The translations under genes were made by a program, and so were the position numbers. Shown here in pieces: positions 57,176 to 64,000 of a stretch of DNA of 64,000 nt (its first letter is position 1; the number at the start of each line of letters is the position of its first letter). The stretch is from IMG/VR virus record IMGVR_UViG_3300030107_007281, one strand, 5' to 3'. The notes below the pieces were generated by a model that searched no databases, had not been told where the DNA came from, and was given only the letters and a program-made list of their open reading frames with translations. The DNA comes from an uncultured virus (IMG/VR IMGVR_UViG_3300030107_007281) (taxonomy: Duplodnaviria > Heunggongvirae > Uroviricota > Caudoviricetes).

Positions 57176-58803
57176 TTTTTCAAACCTACAAATTGTCTAA
57201 AATAATCATAATAATTTTTATAGTTTTCACCGAACAAATCTTTATATTTAAAAAATAATTTAGCTTCTTCTATCTTTTGTTCTATGTTGTGAGAGTCTTG
57301 TGATCTACCACCTTCAAGATAAAGGCCAACAATTTTGTCTATTTTTTTAAAAACTGAACCCATACTTACTGAGCGTAGCCACAATTCCCAATCATCACTA
57401 AAATTTTGATTCTCATCGTCAAAGAACCCGACATTATTTATCATTCTTCTTGTCCACATTGGCATAGGACCCGGAAGACATTTTATCATATTTTCTTTTG
57501 AAAAATGGAGAACTGAATGTTCTGAATACTTTTCAGATTTTGTTTCATTAAGTTTTTCATTTTCAACGGAAGTGACCAAACAATCACCATATACTAAATC
57601 TATCTCTTTATTGTTGCAAAGTTCGTTATACATGGTTTCTAAAAAATCTTCACTCTTTCTGTCATCTATCATGGCCCAAGTTATATATTTAGAATTACAT
57701 TGCATCATTGCTAAATTATGTCCCTTCGTAGGAGGGAACAGTTCATCATATCTAATATATTTTATATTTTTGTATTGCTTGCAATAAGATTGCACAATCT
57801 CTTGTTCTTTACCCGGCGAAGCAGAATCAACAATTATAAATTCACACTCATGGAAAATGGTTTGTGAGGTGATATCTTCCATAAAACCTTCTATGAATTT
57901 TTCTGCTTTATAGAATGTGCTTATTATTGAGACTTTTGGTTTTTCAATTTTATCATAATCTTTATTGATTAAGTTTTTTACCAAGAGTAAAATTTCAGTT
58001 CTTTTGTTTCTAATATATTCAACAAGCTCCGGGCCTTTTAGTTTAAACCAATCTTCATGTGTGGCCCCGACCATTTGATTTGTTAATACTTTACACCCAA
58101 GCATCCTAGCTTCAACAACCACTCTCGATAATGTTTCTGGGCTTCTTGGTAGGAATATAAATTTTTCATTTTTTGATAAAAGTTCTAAAAAATGAAAATA
58201 ATTTGAACTCTTGACCAATTGAAAATCTATTTTTTTACTTAGGCAATATTGAACTGTACCTGCTGTGTTTTTATTGGCAATGTTTGATTCAAGAATGCTA
58301 CATTTGTTACTTTTTTGAGTTATAGAAAGCTCGCTAATCTTGTTCAATGTTCTTGTTGACCATAGATTCCCACCTACACTTATAGTATTATCAAGATTTA
58401 AATTTTTATCAATTATGCTCTTATGAAATTTGGATTGACAAATTATCTTTTTAGCATTTTTATAAAGAAAAAAATTAATTATTTGATGCGGCTCTGCTTT
58501 AAAGTTTTCATAAGATATAGGATTTCTATTTTTTAAGTATTTGTGATCGTGTTCATATATTATATAATCTAAGTCAATCATAAATTCTTTACAATTTGAA
58601 CTTAAACCACAAAAATTTGATATTATAAAAAAACAATCTTTCCTCTCTTGGAGGAAAGACTCTTTAACTTTGGTGCTTCTGATTTTTTCGACTATAAACC
58701 CATCTTCGGATAAGAGTTTGATCAACTCATCATCATTTAATTCAGCCCCACCTATAACATCAGATACAAAAAAGTCACTGATGTATATAACCTTTCTATT
58801 CAT
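57172..58803 (-). CDS. Bifunctional glycosyltransferase (GT-B-like N-terminus fused to GT2 C-terminus)
   Basis: ETLSRVVVEARMLGC (GT-B) followed by KVSIISTFY..IIVDSAS..MIDD..DDWELWLR (GT2). Confidence 0.85.
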   Translation of the reverse strand: MNRKVIYISDFFVSDVIGGAELNDDELIKLLSEDGFIVEKIRSTKVKESFLQERKDCFFIISNFCGLSSNCKEFMIDLDYIIYEHDHKYLKNRNPISYENFKAEPHQIINFFLYKNAKKIICQSKFHKSIIDKNLNLDNTISVGGNLWSTRTLNKISELSITQKSNKCSILESNIANKNTAGTVQYCLSKKIDFQLVKSSNYFHFLELLSKNEKFIFLPRSPETLSRVVVEARMLGCKVLTNQMVGATHEDWFKLKGPELVEYIRNKRTEILLLVKNLINKDYDKIEKPKVSIISTFYKAEKFIEGFMEDITSQTIFHECEFIIVDSASPGKEQEIVQSYCKQYKNIKYIRYDELFPPTKGHNLAMMQCNSKYITWAMIDDRKSEDFLETMYNELCNNKEIDLVYGDCLVTSVENEKLNETKSEKYSEHSVLHFSKENMIKCLPGPMPMWTRRMINNVGFFDDENQNFSDDWELWLRSVSMGSVFKKIDKIVGLYLEGGRSQDSHNIEQKIEEAKLFFKYKDLFGENYKNYYDYFRQFVGLKK

Positions 58804-60040
58804 ATTCTTTTATAATGTCCTCAAAATCATTCAACCAAGCATCGGGGTTCTCGAACTCATCTATACATTTTATAAAATTTGAATATAAAAACTCATCAGA
58901 AAATTTCTCATCAATTATATTTTTTAATTTAGATGAGGTTTCCTTTGCATCATCCCAATTTTTATAAAGTTTACGAAGATTCATTTTATAAGAACCTTGA
59001 TCGGCATAAGCCCACTTTGAATTTTCATTTAAAACACCGGGCCAAACGGCTTCTCTCTGTATTGGTTCCACGCTAAATTCAACTGAATGAAAATATTCTT
59101 TTTTATCATGGATAAGAAAATCTTGTTGACCTCCCCAAGCGATTGTAATTATCGGCAACCCTTCTCTTGCGGCCTCAAATAAAGGAAGTCCGAAACCTTC
59201 GCCATGAGCAATATTTATCATTGCTTTAATTTTAGGATTATTATATAACCCAGTCATTTGACCCTCAGAGAGATCTCCGTGTAAAAGATATACTTTACAC
59301 TTTCTATCTTTGTATTTGGAAAGTATATTTTCAATATTTTGACGGGTTGCGTTTAAGTCCATACGAGAATTATTTTTAATATTAGTTTTTACTATCAAGC
59401 CCACTTCTTGGTCTATAAACTCTTCAACCCACCAAGTAATAGCGTTGTAAAAGTTCTTTCGGGGACCCATTTGTGAAACAATTAAAAAGTTAAAATCAGT
59501 TGATAAATTGAGCCCCGGAGTCTCTTGGGGGGATGCTCTTACAGTTTTTTCCCAAACCACTTCCACTGGTGTGTTTAATTTGTATGGGACTTTTTCACCG
59601 GTTTGTCTATTGGTGGCTTCGACAATTGTATTTTCGTAGGATTGTTTGGCATGATTTGATACAACAAGAATTTTATCTACTTCTTCATTACCTTTTTGTA
59701 ACCAAACAGGATCAACTTTGGTAGTTTCTATACCAGCAGTATATCCAATATTAACTGGTGCTATTTTTTGAAACTCATTTGGTATTGTTATTTGCAAAGA
59801 AATATCAACTTGAAGTTGTTTTTTGTGAGCAAGAATTTGTGTTAATGTTATTTTTTCATCCATCCATTGACGGAATTCTTCGTCTTTCCAAATCCAGCCA
59901 GTTTGACCCCAAGGAATTGGTTGAATAAAAATATCAAATAAATCTTCTCTTGATCGCAATGCACGAAGTGCAAATCGTGATTGTTCACCATATCCAGATT
60001 GCGATAACACTGGTCCTTTTACAAAGATTTTCTTTTTCAT
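58796..60040 (-). CDS. GT4-like glycosyltransferase
   Basis: SGYG, PRKN and HGEGFGLPLFEAA. Confidence 0.9.
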   Translation of the reverse strand: MKKKIFVKGPVLSQSGYGEQSRFALRALRSREDLFDIFIQPIPWGQTGWIWKDEEFRQWMDEKITLTQILAHKKQLQVDISLQITIPNEFQKIAPVNIGYTAGIETTKVDPVWLQKGNEEVDKILVVSNHAKQSYENTIVEATNRQTGEKVPYKLNTPVEVVWEKTVRASPQETPGLNLSTDFNFLIVSQMGPRKNFYNAITWWVEEFIDQEVGLIVKTNIKNNSRMDLNATRQNIENILSKYKDRKCKVYLLHGDLSEGQMTGLYNNPKIKAMINIAHGEGFGLPLFEAAREGLPIITIAWGGQQDFLIHDKKEYFHSVEFSVEPIQREAVWPGVLNENSKWAYADQGSYKMNLRKLYKNWDDAKETSSKLKNIIDEKFSDEFLYSNFIKCIDEFENPDAWLNDFEDIIKEYE

Positions 60041-61302
60041 GCTACCTCACTAAAATAAATTCCGTTATAGTTTTGTCTAGACTGCCAAGATCCATTCTCA
60101 TTAATAATTTTTTCCATCAATTCAGTCCATTGTTTTTTGAAATTATCAAAATTATAATTTTGTAAGACATGTTGTCTGCCCTTTAAGCCCATTTTTCTAC
60201 GATCTTCGTGCGTCATATTATATATTTTACTTAGAGCACTAAAAAATTGTTCTTTACTGGTTCGATCTTCATAAATATACGGAACATCTTGTGAACCAAT
60301 AATCGCTTTTGATGTTGGAGTAAGGCCGACACCAAACCATTCAACACCATTTGTAACCTGTTCCTGTAATCCACCTGTCATATTGACAATAATTGGTGTA
60401 CCGCAAGATAAAGATTCTAATGTTGCAAGTCCAAAACCTTCTGCATCTGATATATTGATTGTACAATCAACCATATTATATAATGCAGACAATGCTTCTG
60501 GGTTTACTTTATTTTTAGAGAACAAAACTTGTCGTTTATCAAGATTCAAATGTGTAACTATGTGTTCTAAATCTTGTCCATGAGGGTCTTTGGGTTCTGT
60601 GTGCATTACAAGTTGTGCTTTATCGTGAAGATCATATTTATCTAACCACTCTTTGAACCAAAAAATTAATGTACCAGATTGCTTTCTTCTTGCATTTCTG
60701 TTGTTCCAAAAGAAAACAACTTTCTCTATATCCTCAGAATTTAAATTTTCATTTCTAATTTTTTGTATTTGTTCGGTTGAAAGTGGTCTGAAAATATCTT
60801 GATTTACTGCATGTGGAATATATGTGCTCTGTACTTCGGGGGCAACAGTTTTGACAATATCATCCGTAACTTTTGATATGGTTGCAATATGATCATTTGA
60901 CATGTAGTATTGTTTGTTAAACATAGGATAGGGATAATTATCCCAAACATGATAATAAACAATTGGACACAATGGACGAACTTCATTTTCCATAGCCCAT
61001 AGCCATCCCCAAAATCTTGGATCAGTCATAATCCAAACAGCATCAATCTTTTCAGTTCTAATAATTGATCTTATTTGTTCCTGAGTGCCATATCCATTAA
61101 CTGGAATAATCTGCCAGTCATCTCCGTAAGGCTCTACTTTAATTGGTTGGTAATTTTGATGTTTGATAGCACCACCGAGTGATATAATAGAATATTTTTC
61201 AGTTTCAAGAAGTGCTTCACAAACATACTTTGTTTGAGTCCCAACACCAGATGGTGAGAGAGGGTGATCCGATAAAGTAAGGATCTTCTTTTTATTAGAC
61301 AA
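60037..61302 (-). CDS. GT4-like glycosyltransferase
   Basis: SGVGTQ, IPHAV, RNARRKQ and AEGFGLATLESLSCGTPII; TTG start with GAGG SD. Confidence 0.9.
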   Translation of the reverse strand: MSNKKKILTLSDHPLSPSGVGTQTKYVCEALLETEKYSIISLGGAIKHQNYQPIKVEPYGDDWQIIPVNGYGTQEQIRSIIRTEKIDAVWIMTDPRFWGWLWAMENEVRPLCPIVYYHVWDNYPYPMFNKQYYMSNDHIATISKVTDDIVKTVAPEVQSTYIPHAVNQDIFRPLSTEQIQKIRNENLNSEDIEKVVFFWNNRNARRKQSGTLIFWFKEWLDKYDLHDKAQLVMHTEPKDPHGQDLEHIVTHLNLDKRQVLFSKNKVNPEALSALYNMVDCTINISDAEGFGLATLESLSCGTPIIVNMTGGLQEQVTNGVEWFGVGLTPTSKAIIGSQDVPYIYEDRTSKEQFFSALSKIYNMTHEDRRKMGLKGRQHVLQNYNFDNFKKQWTELMEKIINENGSWQSRQNYNGIYFSEVA

Positions 61303-61322
61303 TTTAACCTCGTTTTTATTAT

Positions 61323-61351
61323 ATTATAACAGTTTAATTTTTATTTGTCAA
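61323..61351 (-). promoter_or_regulatory. Consensus sigma70 promoter TTGACA-17-TATAAT (extended -10) heading the glycan operon
   Basis: Minus strand TTGACA aataaaaattaaactgt TATAAT. Confidence 0.85.
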
Positions 61352-61637
61352 GGGGTTTTTTCACTTTTTTTATAGAAAGAGAACCACAGTCTTTAATTTC
61401 TTCTCCGACTTGAATTTTGTAAACTCTACATCCGAGATGATAAAGAATATGATTTTTGTTTTCTGAAATTCCTATTATAATGCCGAGTTCTTTTTTATAT
61501 GTCTCCACCAGATCTCCAATTTTAAAATCTATATCTAATACATCAATGTGATCGGGGTGTATATCAATCGAAACAGAACCATTAGCAACATATAAGCTAT
61601 CACCAGTTGTATATGTATAATAATCCTTCTTACTCAT
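61341..61637 (-). CDS. Hypothetical protein (SH3/KOW-like FKIGDLV motif)
   Basis: 98 aa, overlapping the upstream stop, AAGGA-free coupled start; FKIGDLV...GIIIG. Confidence 0.6.
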   Translation of the reverse strand: MSKKDYYTYTTGDSLYVANGSVSIDIHPDHIDVLDIDFKIGDLVETYKKELGIIIGISENKNHILYHLGCRVYKIQVGEEIKDCGSLSIKKVKKPLDK

Positions 61638-62401
61638 TTACAATGCTCGGACTTTCTAAAATCACATCTGTCGCAAGACAGCCGGTTCTTAAATTTTATC
61701 TGACGATTTATATTTGATAAAGCTTTCAACAACAATTCACTAGCATTTTCAGTTTTACGAGGGCCAGATGTTACTCGAAAAAATTCAACATTATCTGATT
61801 TTGCTGTTCTTTTTAAGAGTGCAAAATGTGTCTCTACTAAGCTTGGATCAATATCATACTTCTGACAGAAGAATTTCTTATACAGGGTCAACTGATATGT
61901 TGTAATTCTATCAGTTTTTCTCTCGGCATTCCAGCCCCATGAACACGACTTCCAATCAACAATATGATACTTACCATCTTCTGTTTTTGCGACGAAATCA
62001 ATGAACCCTTTAAAATTATATTCAGCATCTTCAAAATTTTCGATTTTTTCGAACAATTGTTCCTCAACGGACACAACTTCAAAATTTCCGAAGTAGGATT
62101 CGACCGCAGGTATGACTTCGGGTGAAATTCTGTTAGCTTGTGACAACATCTCCATTACCAATTCAGGCTTTGAAATAGGAACTTTTTTAAGTTCGGATCT
62201 GAATACATGTTGAAAATATTCTTCGTAGTTTTCTTCGGGTAATTTACCAAGCAAAGCATTTTCACAAAGACTGTGAATTGCGCCTCCAAACGCCGTGTAT
62301 TCATTCCCGATAAATCCTTTGATTTTGTCAATATACATAAGTTTGTGCTTAAACGGACATTCAGCCCAAATTTTGAGTTCTGAAAAAGATATGTGAGGCA
62401 T
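61634..62401 (-). CDS. PD-(D/E)XK exonuclease, Cas4/AddB-like with four Cys
   Basis: ISFSEL..CPFK, FGGAIH, FKGFIDF..IVDWKS, QLTLY and CDRCDFRKSEHC; ATG 62401 with GGAGG SD. Confidence 0.85.
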   Translation of the reverse strand: MPHISFSELKIWAECPFKHKLMYIDKIKGFIGNEYTAFGGAIHSLCENALLGKLPEENYEEYFQHVFRSELKKVPISKPELVMEMLSQANRISPEVIPAVESYFGNFEVVSVEEQLFEKIENFEDAEYNFKGFIDFVAKTEDGKYHIVDWKSCSWGWNAERKTDRITTYQLTLYKKFFCQKYDIDPSLVETHFALLKRTAKSDNVEFFRVTSGPRKTENASELLLKALSNINRQIKFKNRLSCDRCDFRKSEHCK

Positions 62402-62402
62402 A

Positions 62403-63074
62403 TTACCCCTCCAAGTCAAAGAGTTCTTCTAGTCGTGTGAATAGCGTTGGACACATTTGTTTTACTGTTTTGCGTTCTCCTTGGACATAATATTCAAAAC
62501 CAACGGCGAAATATTCTCTTAGATCAGTCACAGAATATGGGGATATAAAAAGCCCGATTATTAAATTCCATAGTAAATTATATCCTACTTCCTTATAAAG
62601 ATAATCGTCTATATCTTGATCAAATTCTACTGTTGTTTGAAGTTCAACAGGTGGACTTTGTTTTTGGGCTTTGAGAAGAAAATATAATTTTTTTCTCTTT
62701 CCAAGAAACTCGTTCATCATCTTACCGTCAGAATAAATAAAGTCACTATATCTCTCCTCCAAAGAGTGAGAAATTTCGTGAATGATATCCTCTATGATAT
62801 CTTGCTCATCTTCTTGTACGTTGGTTATATAAATTGCACCCTTGTCATAAAGAGCACTAATTTCTCTTTGATTGAGAAAGTCAAATTGACCAACATAAAT
62901 GATATCAATACCAGACATTAAATAAGAAGGAATCTTGCTTGCAACTTGTTTTAAACAAAAATCAAAATCAAGATCATTAGTAAATTTGTCTTTTATGAAA
63001 ACATCTATATCGTGCAATTTATAATGATCCTTTAAAATCTTGGATTTCTTGATCGACTCTTTAATCCAGTTCAT
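62403..63074 (-). CDS. Zincin-like metallopeptidase (HExxH)
   Basis: IIHEISHSLE plus a downstream SPYS...REYFAVGFEYY third-ligand motif. Confidence 0.7.
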   Translation of the reverse strand: MNWIKESIKKSKILKDHYKLHDIDVFIKDKFTNDLDFDFCLKQVASKIPSYLMSGIDIIYVGQFDFLNQREISALYDKGAIYITNVQEDEQDIIEDIIHEISHSLEERYSDFIYSDGKMMNEFLGKRKKLYFLLKAQKQSPPVELQTTVEFDQDIDDYLYKEVGYNLLWNLIIGLFISPYSVTDLREYFAVGFEYYVQGERKTVKQMCPTLFTRLEELFDLEG

Positions 63075-63095
63075 AAATACAACTCCATTATCTTT

Positions 63096-63124
63096 ATTAT
63101 ACTACGATAGTGTAACTTTGTCAA
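63096..63124 (-). promoter_or_regulatory. Consensus sigma70 promoter TTGACA-17-TATAAT
   Basis: Minus strand TTGACA aagttacactatcgtag TATAAT, then GGAG SD and ATG 63074. Confidence 0.85.
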
Positions 63125-63137
63125 GACAAAAGCACCT

Positions 63138-63773
63138 TTACTTACAAATATCTAAGTAACAAGCTGATTTATCAACAATATAGGCACCAATTGCTGCTTG
63201 TCTAATATCGAATGGGCGAATTAAAGGTGGGATCTCTTGCATCTCTGGTGGCCACATTTCAAATATTTCTCTTGTTGCTGATGATCCAAAAGCTCCTTGT
63301 TCTTTTACTTTGGTAAGTTTCCATCTAGGTTGCCACCTGATAGTTCCCCATCGAGTTCTGGATCCATGACCCAACTGTCGTCCATCTTGATCATATAACT
63401 TCATAGTAATTGTAGAATACTTGTTTCCAACCAACACAATTGTTCTTAAGGTCCAATGATTGTTTACAGCACCACATGAAACAGCATCAGAATAATCGCA
63501 TGTTTGGAAATTTGGAATATGTTTAACATTAGTCCAATCGTATGTGTTGATTGTTCCATTCCACTTGTTAGGATTAGAATGATGTTGTAAAGAATGTTTT
63601 AACATGCCTGTACTTTGGGCTACATCAGCTACCAAAATATTTAAGGGCACAGAGGTTCCAGATTTGCCACTTGGGTCATGTACCTCCGTCAAATCAACAT
63701 AAATTTGAACGTTTTGCTCGGTGACACCTGTCTGTGCAAACACCAGAGACATAAAAAACATAATAATAAACAT
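63138..63773 (-). CDS. Hypothetical protein with N-terminal signal peptide
   Basis: MFIIMFFMSLVFA-Q signal-like N-terminus; AGGAG SD. Confidence 0.65.
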   Translation of the reverse strand: MFIIMFFMSLVFAQTGVTEQNVQIYVDLTEVHDPSGKSGTSVPLNILVADVAQSTGMLKHSLQHHSNPNKWNGTINTYDWTNVKHIPNFQTCDYSDAVSCGAVNNHWTLRTIVLVGNKYSTITMKLYDQDGRQLGHGSRTRWGTIRWQPRWKLTKVKEQGAFGSSATREIFEMWPPEMQEIPPLIRPFDIRQAAIGAYIVDKSACYLDICK

Positions 63774-63782
63774 AAAGAACTC

Positions 63783-64000
63783 CTATAAAATCTTTGCTGC
63801 TTCTGTCGCGATTCTTGATCGCTCTCCTTTCTTAAAGGTTATATGACCAGCCAAATCCGACTCTTTAAATTTCTCAATAGCATAAGCCAATCCATTTGAG
63901 GTCTCGTTGGTATAAACATTATCGATCTGTTCTATATCCCCTGTGAGGACGATCTTCGTGTTTTCTCCGACCCTTGTTATGATTGTCTTGACTTCATGAG
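63783..64000 (-). CDS. phoH: PhoH-family ATPase, C-terminal part (gene starts beyond window)
   Basis: Not in the ORF track. Manual translation: HEVKTIITRVGENTKIVLTGDIEQIDNVY...SNGLAYAIEKFK...GERSRIATEAAKIL*. Confidence 0.9.
   Translation of the reverse strand, partial: HEVKTIITRVGENTKIVLTGDIEQIDNVYTNETSNGLAYAIEKFKESDLAGHITFKKGERSRIATEAAKIL

Noticed and set aside
657..60583. Numerous short plus-strand ORFs and short alternative-frame minus-strand ORFs
   Set aside because: All lie within longer motif-bearing minus-strand genes and show no recognisable domains; treated as shadow ORFs.
38848..61302. Bacterial O-antigen/LPS locus (host contamination or chimeric assembly)
   Set aside because: Seamlessly coupled to the phage sigma factor and flanked by phage genes on the same strand; no wzx, wzy, wzz or waaL-like membrane genes seen.
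38848..61302. Apparent lower GC content of the glycan cluster
   Set aside because: Impression by eye only; it needs a computed sliding-window GC/codon analysis, so it is not claimed.
61634..62401. Cas4-like gene as evidence of a CRISPR-Cas system
   Set aside because: No repeat-spacer array or other cas genes were seen in the window.
1..64000. tRNAs, rRNAs, introns/inteins, integrase, diversity-generating retroelement, intrinsic terminators
   Set aside because: Intergenic gaps are too short for RNA genes, and no intein, reverse transcriptase, recombinase motifs or convincing GC hairpin plus U-tract were recognised.

Overview
This window looks like part of a large (jumbo-type), AT-rich, contractile-tailed bacteriophage genome. 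All credible genes are on the minus strand, tightly packed, and use the standard genetic code. In transcription order (right to left) it holds: (1) a partial PhoH gene, a secreted-type hypothetical, a zincin protease and a Cas4/AddB-like nuclease; (2) a gap-free run of 32 genes (~24 kb) behind a perfect sigma70 promoter, of which 28 form a glycan biosynthesis/tailoring cluster (glycosyltransferases, GMD, a ColD-type dehydratase, a TPP E1 alpha/beta pair, atypical SDRs, HldA/HldC-like enzymes, radical SAM, two PhyH dioxygenases, a methyltransferase) and the last is a T4 gp55-like late sigma factor; (3) a ~35 kb baseplate/tail module (gp5-like protein with an M15 peptidase, gp25, gp6, a 2404-aa multi-LamG protein, tail-collar-like paralogs); (4) RuvC, three small proteins with putative head-targeting leaders, and a partial DNA primase. 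The most striking observation is that a subset of virion proteins is densely studded with [S/T]-[G/A/S]-S tripeptides, while neighbouring structural proteins and enzymes are nearly free of them. Together with the glycan cluster, this suggests a phage-encoded virion O-glycosylation system with its own sequon and an unusual branched deoxy-sugar; this is an inference and is untested. Two promoter classes are visible: TTGACA-17-TATAAT before non-structural genes and CTA(A/T)TTA before structural genes. All functional calls come from motif recognition by eye; no database searches were run.
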